From the NCBI RefSeq assembly GCF_009914755.1, contig NC_060935.1: a stretch of 64,000 nt of DNA. One strand, 5' to 3'. The position numbers and the translations under genes were made by a program. Below the pieces are notes generated by a model. The model searched no databases and had not been told where the DNA came from. It saw nothing but the letters and a program-made list of their open reading frames with translations. Below, piece by piece: positions 1 through 16,100 of this stretch. The DNA comes from the human T2T-CHM13v2.0 reference genome, Homo sapiens. Each line of letters opens with the position of its first letter. Position 1 is the stretch's first letter.

Positions 1-609
1 CCAGACAGGAGGCTCAGCCCCTCAGGGCCCCAGCTGGCCAGAGGGTTGTGCCTGGCCTGCATTTTCCTAGCTGCAGGGCAGCAGGACGCCATGGGCTTAG
101 CCAGGGCTGGGGGCCTTCCAGGCTGTGTGGGCCGGGTGGTCTGGGACCAGTGGGTGGGGCTCGTTACAATTCAGATGATTTGATCATAGTTTCTCCCTTG
201 TTTATTATTATAGTGGAAGAGTGAAGACTCAGGAGAGGAAGGACCCAGGGTGGCCCGGGGCAGGAGAGCCTCGGGAGGGACTGACAGCAGCCAGGAGGCT
301 GAGCCTGAACCCTAAACCCTACTCCCTCCTCCCCAAAATGGGCAAATGGGTGTATGTCCCAGTTTTTTCCTTTCATGGCTGGACCTGAAACCAGCCAAGC
401 TGCCTGGCTTTCAGGTTTCATTCTGAGTTCGTCCCCCTTCTCTTGCTCCCTGGCCTGACCCTGCTAAACCTCCCACGCACACATCTCCACTTCCACACTT
501 TTATTCCCCGGTCCTTCTGCCTGGAATTCCCTCCCCCCACTCCTCTCCAAACCTTGAAATAGTTATACACTGTTATTAACAGTCTTCCTGGTACCAGAGC
601 AAGCAGAAT

Positions 610-1560
610 GCTATTAAAAGCATGGGCTTTTCAGTCAGCACAGACCCCCGTGTGAATCCTGACTCTGCTGTTTGCTAGCTGTGTGACCTTGGACATCCTG
701 CTTAACTTCTCTGAGCCTCAGTTTCTTTGTCTGTTAAATGAAAAAAATAATACCCACCTCATGTGGTTGTTGTGGAAATGAAAAGAGAGAAAGCATGTAA
801 AATACATACACAATGCCTCACACAAACTAAGAGTATATAAGAATAGCTAACACAGTATTTACTATATGCTGACCACATTATGTTAATTTAAATCATCCTC
901 CCAACAAAGCTGTGAGAGAAGAACCATATCATCCCTGTTTTATAGATTTAAAAAACAGGGCTGGGGATGCGGGCTCACACCTGTAATCCCAGCACTTTGG
1001 GAGGCCAAGGCGGGCAGATCACTTGAGGTCAGGAGTTTGAGACCAGCCTGACCAACATGGCAAAACCCCGTCTCTACTAAAAATACAAAAATTAGCTGGG
1101 CGTGGTGGGCACGCCTGTAGTCCCAGCTACTCAGGAAGCCGAGGCAGGAGAATCCAGGAGGCAGAGGTTGCAGTAAGCTGAGATGGCACCACTGCACTCC
1201 AGACTGGGCGACAGAGACTCCGTCTCAAAAAAATAAAAAACAAAAAACAAAAAACTGAGGCACAATGAGGTTTGATAACTTGCCCAAGGTCACGCAGCTA
1301 GGAAATAGCAGAACTGATAACTGATATTATTATTATTCCCCTACTGGATGGTAGGCTCATTGAAGAAAGGGGCTTTGCACATAATAATGGGGGTTTTTTA
1401 ATTTGTTTTTTGAGACTGGGTCTCGCTCTGTCATTCTGACTGGAGTGCAATGGCACAATCACAGCTCACTGCAGCCTTGAATTCCTGGCCTCAAGTGATC
1501 CTCCTGCCTCGGCCTCCCAAAGCATTGGGATTACAGGAGTGAGCTATTGTGCTGGGCCAT
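610..1560. mobile_element. MIR fragments with an inserted Alu (958-1254, +) and a FLAM/AluJ monomer (~1408-1558, -)
   Basis: MIR core gtgtgaccttgg...ctctgagcctcagtttc; Alu consensus with A tail. Confidence 0.75.
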
Positions 1561-2449
1561 AATAACTTTAATAACTACTTTCGACAATGTTAAAAAGTCC
1601 GAGTTCAAGTCCCTGCAAATTTCAAGAGGCATCCTCTATTTCCTAAAATTCCCCCAGAAAAGAAATTCCCAGCTTCTTCAGGGAAACGGCAGTGACATCA
1701 CAGGGAAGAAAAAAAAAATTCTTTTTTTAATCAGAAAGCTTGGATCGATTTTGGCCAAGTCACCTCTTCCCAACTCTATGAGTTGAGACCAATCGCTTCG
1801 CTTTTCCGAGCCTCACCTTTCTGGTTTGTAAGATAGGGTCAGCAAATGCCAGAGCTGCCTGCTTGCCTGGGCGGAGCTGAGAACGCAGTGTGAGATCTCA
1901 AGAGATAAAGCACTCTGTGGACTAGAACGCCCTGTCCAAAGAGAAGGCCTTTTCATTCGTAACCCTTTCCCATCCTTGGCCCCACTACTGGGAAGTTTTT
2001 CCATTAGGGCCAAGCCTCAAGCGTGTGGTGGAAAATAACAGAGGCATTTAAAGGGAAATGAAACTGCCCTCCTCAGCAGAATGTTCCCTACACATTTGCT
2101 GTGGCCCATGGCAGCGCCTCTGCTGGGCGCCTTCAGCCTTAGGAAGCACCAGCGGCTGCCTGACGCCACGGGGCAATTCAGAGGCTGGTAAACAGCACAT
2201 GGCATTCCCGGCCCGTGGCAGGCATTCATGCATGGAATTCTTTGTCCTCGTGAGGAAAGACAGAGAGCTGCTCTGTGCTGCAAAGCTCAAAGCCAGAACT
2301 CCACTTTCAAAACTCCCAGCCCGAGATCACGCCAAGGCTAAGCATGCCACCAACCCCTTAAAGTGTGCTTGTGAGATAAACTTGCCCAAACTTGGACTTT
2401 TATCTTGAAAACTTGGGTTTCCTTGTTAATTCCAATGAGGAGTCATGGC

Positions 2450-4370
<1,921 letters not shown>

Positions 4371-4631
4371 AAAAAAAAAGAAATTTCAGGTACACAATTA
4401 GCTGCATCTCCCACATAATGTTTTTTAATGTCACAGCTAATGCAAAATACCAAAGAGCTAAGGTGGCACTCTGAAGCAGGACATGTATATAAGCAACATG
4501 CAAAGTCCTCATGGGTGATGCACTTTTGCTTTGGGGTGCTGGAGACATAGCAATATTTCAACAGTGCAGCCTTTGCTCAAAACATTTGAGACAACTTCCC
4601 AACCACACAGGAAAGTTAGTCACACACATAA

Positions 4632-5596
<965 letters not shown>

Positions 5597-6005
5597 TTGT
5601 CCTGGTTATTCTCTATCTGTTCCCTCCACCTTCAGACCCCTGCTCCTGCTTCTCTGCCCGACTCTGTGCCCCAGGAGGTGGATCAGCTGCAACACCTGGG
5701 CTCCCGTGCCCTCCAGTGGAGAGAGGGGTCAGGGTGTTCCTCCCTGCTTCACACGGCAGGCAGTTCTGGCAGATGCTGGTCCTCTATGGCTATAGTCCCC
5801 ACTGAGGATTCCTCCTCTACCTCCAGTGCACGCTGGACTTCAGGAACACCACTTCTTCCTCATATCCTTCAGGGCCAGGGATAGTACCAGCTTCCTACTG
5901 CCCCTGGGGGTCTCACCACCCCTTGTGGCCTCCTTTGCCCCTGCCCACTACTCCATAAACTGTCTCTTTATTAGGTCTCTCTGATTGAACTATCTTCAAA
6001 TGGAA
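5597..6005 (+). mobile_element. Old ERVL-type LTR relic (LTR33-like)
   Basis: Resembles the LTR33 3' portion (ccttcagggccagggatagtaccagcttcc...ccctgcccac...tttatt). Recognition only. Confidence 0.45.
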
Positions 6006-6070
6006 CTAAGTTTGCGAGAGGGAACCTGACAGATAGAGAAATGAGTGTGAGTTTATGAAAATTATTCCCT

Positions 6071-6411
6071 GGGCTAAGCGCGGTGGCTCATGCTTGTAAT
6101 CCCAGCACTTTGGGAGGCCAAGGAGGGAGTGATTGATTGAGCTCAGGAGTTTGAGACTAGCCTGGGCAACATGGTGAAACCCCGTCTCTACAAAAAATAC
6201 AAAAATTAGCCCGGTGTGGTGGTTGAGCTTGAGAGGTGGAGGTTGCAATGAGCTGAGAACGTGCCACTGCACTCCAGCCTGGGTGACAGAGCAAGATCCT
6301 GTTAGGAAGAAGGAAGGAAGGGAGGGAGGGAGGGAGGGAGGGAGGAAGGGAAGGAAGAAGGCAAGGGAGGAAGGAAGGAAGGGAGGGAGGGAGGAAGGAA
6401 GGAAAGGAGGA
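6071..6411 (+). repeat. AluJ-like element with internal deletion, tail expanded into (GGAA/GGGA)n at 6305-6411
   Basis: Alu consensus followed by a ~105-bp near-pure purine tract. Confidence 0.85.
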
Positions 6412-6704
6412 ACTGTTCACTATTCCCTGCCATTTGTGAGCCCATGGTGTAATTCAAAATAATTCTGTTTTCCCAGATGCCCCCTTAACTACACCACTGT
6501 CCACACACAGTCACACTGCCTAAAGCGAGGCTGACCTTGAGACTGCAGTCCTTGCAATTGCTCCTTGCTGAACTCTGGGAAAGAACATCACAGAGTCCAG
6601 CCCCTTCCCAGTCTCCTGACGCTGCTCTCACCCTCGAGTGCAGGAACCAGGACCTTAGAGTGTCAGACCTTGCAAGGCTGGTTCCTGCAAGACTTTAGGG
6701 GATA

Positions 6705-7008
<304 letters not shown>

Positions 7009-8637
7009 TTAGGGGATAACTTGGACCACCCCATCAGGAACTGAGGGAGGGCAGGGGTAAGGTGCATGGGCAGGGCGAGGGAGCTGGGGTGCGCCCTCCA
7101 CACACCACATAAGCCCGTGTCTCCTCCCATGCCGTCGCTGCTGTGGTAACCATCACTGCGGGAAGCAGCGTTCATGTTCTGTGGCCACTGCCTCCAGCCC
7201 AGACCTGACATTGAGAAGAAGGTGGCTAGAAGACTCTCAAGTTTGTACAGCTAGTTGCCTTGTCCCTTCTCCATCCTACCCACCACCCACTGACTGTCCC
7301 ACCCAATGAGATCACTGGCCTCGCCATCCCTGGTACATGCATGATTTCCACGGGTTTATTGCCAGGGCTCAAGGCATTCCAGTTTTTCACACCCATCACA
7401 TCATTCACTCTGTGGAGATCCTCAGAAGAGGAATCTGAGATCAGTGGGACTGGGACACATCTAGCCACGTGGGACTCAGAAAACATTTATTGAATGGACA
7501 CTGGGGGCCACCACTAGCCTTCATCACTTCTTCCTAAAGTTAAAAAAAAATTTAATTGATATATTATTGGACAGCCTGGGTAGTTCTCCTCAGAGGACTT
7601 TCCAGCATCCTAATGGGCATTCCTCCCTAGCTGTGTACACAAGTGCACCCCACTGTCGCACACTCACCCCACCGTCACCCACTTACCCCACCCTCCAGAC
7701 ACCAGGGCTACTTATCTCAAGCGGCATGCACACTCTGACCTGCCCCACACTCTTGGCTTCAGAGTTGAGGAAGGAACAGGAGATGGGTTTTGAGCTGTGG
7801 TTGGTTGAGTGAAAGCAGCACCCCGGGGACAGCCCCAGGCCCAGTTAGGACAGACGGTGATGTGTGCAGTTGTGTGCATCATTGAACCTGAGCATGCTCA
7901 CGGCTGGAGTGTGCGTGTAGCCCAGTGCAGCAGGGGGTTTCTGTAGAAGATGGGCTCATGCCTGTCTCTCTAGGATTTCATGCCAACTCTTGTGCTCTCC
8001 ATAAGTATGTATCTGGCTGTCACATGGATGCTGCACACTTCAGTGTGGTGCCATCATGCAATGCATAACCCCAATACCTGGACGAACTCTGGCCCTATGA
8101 ATGCTGCTATCCCAATTTTAAGGGTGATGAAACTGAGCCTCAAGCAGGTTAAGCATCCTGTCCAACTCACGAAAGAAGCTGTAGGTCGGTCATCTAAAAC
8201 GCAGCCGGGTATCAAGGGCCTCCCTCCCAACCTATCTCTTTCCAAATCCATGGGCCACCCTTGAGCTCCAAAACCCCCAGAACACTGGCTCTGCTGGCCA
8301 CGGTGAGGACAGATGAAGCTAGGGAAGGCATGAGATCCCACTGACAAGCTGGTACTAAACAGGGAAGGATGGGGTGGGAGCTATTTTATCTCTGTTCTGG
8401 GGGGATCCAGAGAGGTGCAGAGCTGCCTCCACTGGCAGAAATGGGGCATCTCTAAGGAATGGCGAGGGGGACAAGCTTGGTCCAAGTATAAGAAAGCATC
8501 ACCCTCTGCCCAGCAATGACCAACATTAGGAGCCAGTGACTAGAACCACTCCTCCCCCACCCCCACATACTGTCAACAGAGCTGGAAATCAAAAGGGGAC
8601 TTTGGTCAGAAGACTTTTCCATAATGTTTAGCCCTAA

Positions 8638-8957
<320 letters not shown>

Positions 8958-9351
8958 TCAGCAAACCTGCAGCCATGTCAGGAATAAATGGCAGAGCGGT
9001 GATTCACAAGCAGAGCCCTTTCGGTAATTCCAGGAGGCCTTTTAACTGTTCACATCTGTAACCCATTTAGAACCAATTCTGAATTGTATATTCATATGTG
9101 AGGATGCAAAGTAGGTGAGTGGGTCCCGAGGCCAAGCCTCTTCTTGATTTCTCAGCAATGGCACAACCAGCCTCACCATGAGAATCAAGAAGCAAAGATT
9201 TTCTCCCACTACCTCCCGAAGGTCACTGTCTTAAAGTCACTGATGAAACTAGCAATGCCACCAGATGGATCCGGTCTGAACACTCACAGCTGGCTGTGCA
9301 GCTTCCCCAGGTTTCACGCCCCCGCAACACAGAATGCAAAGGCACAAGACA

Positions 9352-10193
9352 TCAAGGTTAATAAACAGCTTTATTTGCCTTGTACAGCATCAATTTTCTT
9401 ACATTCTCAGTTAATTGGCCATTAAAGTGCTGGAAATTTTCTTAATCATGATAACATTTGTTAAAAAGAAATCAGAACTAATATCAGGAACATGGCGGCA
9501 TGAAGGAAACAGTTCCCTTACAAAACACAGAAAATGGAAGCCCCTCATGTTGAGGGGGTGGGTTGGACAATTTGCAAACAGATTCTAATTTCCTCTCACC
9601 GTCAGCACCAAACTGGCTGGGACCACCACCCCTGGGTGAAAGAAACAACACTAAAGAACCCTAAAAACACCCACACACCCTGACTACCACCACCTCTGGG
9701 CCATCTGTGGGCGTTTGCTGTTTGAACAGATCCAGTCTCAGGAAAGAGGAAGACCTGACCTCCGTCTGCAACCCATCACCCCACCCACCCTTACTAACAA
9801 AAGCCCCCAAAGTCATTACAATGAAAAAGTGGGTTTCCATTACCCCAAAACTAACAATGTTCAGTAAAAATGAGGATAATAAACACAAAAGCTTGCTTAG
9901 TAAACAGGAGCTCTCAGCAGTCAATGCAAAAAAATATATATATATGAAATCTTAAGGCAAATACTGTTGACTTTGCACATGGGCTGGACGAACTTGGAAC
10001 TCTTTACCTATCTGTATAGTTCCAGGAGCCTACAGGCGGTCGGTTTTTCAGCGCTTGCCACCGGGCCAGGCAAGGTCTTTGCATGATTGCTGAGGCAGTC
10101 GGTGTGTTTCCCTTTGGAGTTTATATAGGAACACACCACCCAAGGCTGATGTTTTGTTATATATATATATATGTACACACATACAAAGGCCTG
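9352..10193 (-). other. AHNAK: AHNAK long-isoform 3'UTR (~0.84 kb)
   Basis: Runs from the stop codon to just past the AATAAA. The cleavage site is approximate. Confidence 0.8.
9370..9375 (-). terminator. AHNAK poly(A) signal AATAAA
   Basis: tttatt on +. On the minus strand it has an upstream UGUA (ctgtac) and a downstream GU-rich tract (gatgtcttgtg...tgtgttg). Confidence 0.85.
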
Positions 10194-13100
10194 CTACTCT
10201 TTCTTTGTGGAAACTGACAGCTCCACCTCGGGAAGCTGGATGCCAACCTTATTCCCACTGTCATTGCTAGAAGAGGAGGACAGTCGGGACTTCTTAGAGG
10301 CCAGGGACACCCCACTCCCCTGTAACTTGCCTGTCTCATCATCGCTCCCAGTCACCTCATAATGACCTTTGCTCTTTGACCCCAATCCACCAAAGGTACC
10401 GAATTTCAGCTTCCCGTGTTTCCCTTTAACTTTCCCACCTTCCAGAGACACTTCCCCACCTTCAAACTCCAGCGTCCCCGTCGGGGTGGAAGGTCCAGAG
10501 AACTCTCTTTCATCACTGAATGAATTTGAGCGGTGCCGTGGCTTCTTACTTTTAAATAAGGAGAATTTGCCTTTCGGTGAAGAGGCTTCGGCCTCTGCCT
10601 CTCCTTCCAGAGAGCCCAGGCTGGCCTTTGAACTTTTCAGGTCACCTTTGGACCCAGAAATTGATGCTTCTGGTGAGCCAGTGACACCACCTTTCCCTTT
10701 AGGTTTGGAAAAATTAAACTTGGGCATTTTGATCTTGGACTTTTTCAGTTTGACTTCAGACTCTTCCCACTCGCCGTCTCCAGCACCAGCTTGGATGCTG
10801 GCCTCTGCTTTAGGGAAGTGAACATCCACCCCCATTTCTCTGCCAACCAGCTCACGGCCAGAGAAGGTAAATTTGGGGATCTTCATTTTAGGGAATGTTA
10901 CTTTTCCAGATCCACTTTCCAAGTGACCTTGAGGCCCAGACACACTCAGCCCAGGAGCCTGGAGTCCAATCTGACCTCCTTTCACACCTCCTTCCACCTT
11001 TGGTCCTGAGAAATGAAGGCCCCCAGCAAACTTAGATGTGTCCAAGTTGAGAGCAGAGGAGACTTGGGGTCCCTTCCACTCACCCCCGGAACCTTTAACA
11101 CTCAAATGCCCTTCACCAAGGCTGATGTCTGGGGCACTGACACCCCCTGAAACATCCGCACCTCCTTTGATTTTTGGGCCCTTCAAGTTGATGCCAAAAT
11201 CTGACTCAGGAGATGCCATATTAAAGGCAGGCCCCTTCACACTGATATCAGGAGCAGCCCCATGGAAACCTACTTCTGAACCTTTCAGACCACCTTTGAT
11301 TTCAGGCCCAGAAATCTGCCCAGTTGGGAGTTTCACATTCACGCCTGGCAGGTTCACATCACATCCAGAGGACTTAATTCCAGGCATCTGGAGGTTTCCT
11401 TCTAGGCCTTGAACACCAATGCCTGGAAGACCTCCTCCGACAGTGGGGCCTTTGATCTCACCAGTGGCCCCAAGGCTCCCTTTCACTTTTGGTCCTTCCA
11501 AGTTAAAGTCCACATTCGGTGCTGAAATCCGAGGCCCTTTCAGGTTCACATCCACACCTGGCCCCTTCAGTTCGCCAGAAACCTGTGGCCCCTTGGCATT
11601 GACGTGCAAGTCGGACCCCGGAGTAGAGATGCCAAATTGGGGCAGCTTCATTTTGGGAAGTTTAATGCTGCCTTCGGATGCCTCCAAGCTTAGATCAGGA
11701 GCTCCTACGGATACTTTAGGGCATTTGATGTCACCAGAGACAGCCAGATCTCCCTGCAGGCTTGGTCCCCTCAGTGTCACATCTGGTGCCCCAACGTTAA
11801 GCTTTGTTGTGGCATCGATCCCTGGCACTTTCACACCGTCTCCTCCCACCTGCATTTTGCCACCGACACCACTGAGGTTGAGCCCTGGAGCATGCACCTT
11901 CATGCTGGGAACAGATGCATCCAGGTCTCCCTTCAAACTTGGTCCTTTCAAGTTCAGATCAAGGTCAGGCCCAGAGACTTTTGGCATAGAGAGGTTCACT
12001 GAAGGCAAGTCTACTCCTGGCCCCTTTAGAGAAACATCGGGCCCTTCGAGCTTAACATCTGGTCCTCTCAAGTCTCCTTCAAGAGAGGGTAGCTGGGCAT
12101 GGACCTCGGCTCCCCCACCCTCCATTTTCACACCTGGGATGCGGATCTTGGGCATGGAAAACTTGGGGAACTTAATTTTTGCTTCTGGACCTTGCAGATC
12201 TACATCTGGTCCTTCCAGTCCCACGCTGGGGACATCACCCTTTATCTTTGGTCCTTTCAAGTTTACATTCACATCAGGGATGGAGACTTGAGGGGCAGAA
12301 ATGCCGAAGGACGGTGTTTTGACTTTAGCATCTAGGCCTTCGATGTTGATGTCAGGTGCACCCAAGTTTGCCTGCACTTTGGGGCCTTTCAGGTCACCCT
12401 CTATTTTTGGCACTGAGATGTCCACATCTGGCATCTTGACCTTGGGAGCCTTCGCCTTGATGTCAAGACCTTCGACGTGAATCGCTGGCAAAGAAAGTTC
12501 CAGATCAGGTGCCTGGAGTTCACCCTCCAGTTTGGGGCTAGGGAGAGGGGCCTCAGCTTTAAATTTAGGTGATTTAATGTCAAACTCTACATCTGGGAAG
12601 TACATTTTTCCAAACATCGTTTTCTTGGTTTTGGGCGATTTCACGTCGACTTTGAGTGCAGCATCCGGCCCTGCGATGTTGACATCTACATCCGGAGCCT
12701 TGAGGCTGGCATCAATTTCACCCCCAGGAACATTCAGGTCAAATCCCTGTTTTTTGGCCTTAATCTTAGGACCACTCATATGAATTTTAGGCATTTTAAA
12801 CTTACTTTTCTTGCCCTTGCCACCAACACTAATTTCAGGAGTCTCAAGGTTCAGCTCTGCCTCAGGAACAGTGACATCCAGTGAAGGTGACTTGATGTCA
12901 GCTTTGGGGCTTTTTGCCCCAAATCCAAACTTGGGTTTCTTAAATTTGGGGATTTTAACATCTGGCCCTTCGATGTTAATATCTGGGCTGTCCATGTGTA
13001 CATCTAAGCTTGGAGCTTCAACTTTGGGTCCCTTGAGGTCCACTTCACCACCTTCTAACTTCGGACCTGAAAATCCAATTTTTGGTGCCTTGAGATGCAA

Positions 13101-16100
13101 ATCAACATCAGGAGCAGTTACTTTAGGAGCAGATATCTCCAGCGATGGCATCTTCAAAGATGGGCCACTGAGTTTGGCATCAGGGCCTTCGAAATCCAGA
13201 CGTGGACCTTTAAGATCTACTTCTGGGCCTTTCAAAGTCCCTTCAACCTTAGGGACAGACACATCAAAATCTCCTTTTACTTTGGGTCCTTTCAAATCCA
13301 GGTCAACATCAGGTATGGAGATCTTGGGAGCTTTGATATTTATTTCAGGCATCTTGAACTTGGGGCCCTTCAGTTTTGCGTCTGGACCTTCGATATTCAC
13401 ATCTGGAATATCAACGTCCACCTTGGGTCCCGAGACATCGATGTCGGCCTTGGGCAGGCTCACATCCACATCTGGACCTTCTCCTTTGAAGCCAGGCATG
13501 CTGAATTTGGGCATTTTCACCTTGGGCATCTTCAGGTGCCAGTCTGGGCCATGAACATCCACATCAGGGGTGTTGATGTCCACTTTTGGGCCCTTGATGT
13601 CAGCTTCTGGGCCCTTGAGGTCACCTTCCACTTTAGGAAGGGTAACATCCACATCGCCCTTCACTTTGGGTCCTTTCAGGTTTAAGTCAATATCAGGCAT
13701 GGAGATCTTGGGGGCTTTGATGCTCATCTCAGGCATCTTGAACTTGGGGCCCTTTAGTTTCGCATCTGGACCTTCGATATTCACATCAGGAACATCAACG
13801 TCCACTTTGGGTCCTGAGACATCAATGTCAGCCTTGGGCAGGTTCACATCCACATCTGGGCCCTCTCCTTTGAAGCCAGGCATGCTGAACTTGGGCATTT
13901 TCACTTTGGGCATTTTTAGGTGCCAGTCTGGGCCTTGAACGTCCACATCTGGGACATCAATGTCCACTTTGGGGTCCCTGATGTCAACTTCGGGGCCCTT
14001 GAGGTCGCCTTCCACTTTGGGCAGAGAAATGTCCATGTCGCCCTTCACCTTTGGACCTTTCAGATTCAGGTCAACTTCAGGCATAGAGATCTTCGGTGCC
14101 TTGAGGTGTAAGTCAGGCATTTTAAATTTGGGGCCCTTCAGTTTCCCTTCTGGACCATGAATGTCAATATCAGGAGTGTCAATGCCCACTTTAGGGCCTT
14201 TGACATCCACTTTGGGACCTTTCAGATCTCCCTCCAGTTTAGGAACGGAAATGTCCATATCTCCTTTTATCTTAGGTCCTTTCAAATTCAAATCAATGTC
14301 ACTCATGGAGATTTGTGGGCTTTTGAAATGTACATCAGGCATCTTAAACTTGGGACCTTTGAGCTTCCCTTCAGGACCTTCAATGTCTACCTCTGGCCCT
14401 TTCAGATCACTTTCCACCTTAGGTAGTGAAACATCCACATCACCCTTCACCTTGGGACCTTTCAGGTGCAAATCAAAGTCAGGCATAGAGATTTTGGGAG
14501 CTTTGATGTTCATCTCAGGCATCTTAAATTTGGGCCCCTTCAATTTTCCTTCCGGACCTTCAATATTGACATCAGGTGTGTCAATGTCCAAACTGGGGCC
14601 TTTTATGTCAATTTCAGGGCCCTTGAGATCACCTTCCACTTTGGGCAGAGAGACATCCACATCACCTTTCACTTTGGGACCCTTCAAGTTAAAGTCAATG
14701 TCAGGCATGGAGATTTTGGGGGCCTTGATGTTCATCTCTGGCATCTTGAACTTTGGACCCTTGAGTTTTGCATCTGGACCTTCGATACTGACATCAGGGG
14801 CATCAATGTCCACTTTGGGGCCAGAAATCTCAATGTCAGCCTTAGGAAGGGTAACATCCACATCTGGGCCCTCTCCTTTGAATCCTGGCATGCTGAATTT
14901 GGGCATTTTCACCTTGGGCATCTTCAGGTGCCAGTCTGGGCCATGAACATCTACATCAGGGGCATCGATGTCCACTTTGGGGCCCTTGATGTCAACTTCT
15001 GGGCCCTTGAGGTCACCTTCCACTTTAGGAAGGGAAACATCCACATCACCCTTCACCTTGGGACCTTTCAGATGCAAATCAAAGTCAGGCATGGAGATCT
15101 TGGGGGCTTTGATGTTCATCTCAGGCATCTTGAATTTAGGGCCCTTTAGTTTCGCATCTGGACCTTCGATATTCACATCAGGAACATCAATGTCCACCTT
15201 GGGTCCTGAGACGTCAAGGTCAGCCTTGGGCAGGTTCACATCCACATCTGGGCCCTCTCCTTTGAAGCCAGGCATGCTGAACTTGGGCATTTTCACTTTG
15301 GGCATTTTTAAGTGCCAGTCTGGGCCTTGAACGTCCACATCTGGGACATCAATGTCCACTTTGGGGCCCTTGATGTCAACTTCAGGGCCCTTGAGGTCGC
15401 CTTCCACTTTGGGCAGAGAAACGTCCACGTCGCCCTTCATCTTTGGACCTTTCAGATTCAGGTCAACTTCAGGCATAGAGATCTTCGGTGCCTTGAGGTG
15501 CAGGTCAGGCATTTTAAATTTGGGGCCCTTCAGTTTCCCTTCTGGACCATGAATATCAATATCAGGAGTGTCAATGTCCACTTTGGGTCCTGAGACATCA
15601 ATGTCAGCTTTGGGCAAATTAACATCCACTTCTGGGCCCTCTCCTTTAAATCCTGGCATGCTGAATTTGGGCATTTTCACCTTGGGCATCTTCAGGTGCC
15701 AGTCTGGGCCATGAACATCCACATCTGGGGCATCAATGTCCACTTTGGGGCCCTTGATGTCAACTTCAGGGGCCTTTAGATCACCTTCCATCTTAGGCAG
15801 AGAAACATCCACATCTCCTTTCACCTTAGGGCCTTTCAGATGCAAATCAAAGTCAGGCATGGAGATCTTGGGGGCTTTGATGTTCATCTCTGGCATCTTG
15901 AATTTAGGGCCCTTCAGTTTCGCATCTGGACCTTCAATATTCACATCTGGAACATCAACGTCCACCTTGGGTCCTGAGACGTCAAGGTCAGCCTTGGGCA
16001 GGTTCACATCCACTTCTGGACCTTCTCCTTTGAAGCCAGGCATGCTGATCTTGGGCATTTTTATCTTAGGCATCTTCAGGTGCCAGTCTGGGCCTCGAAC

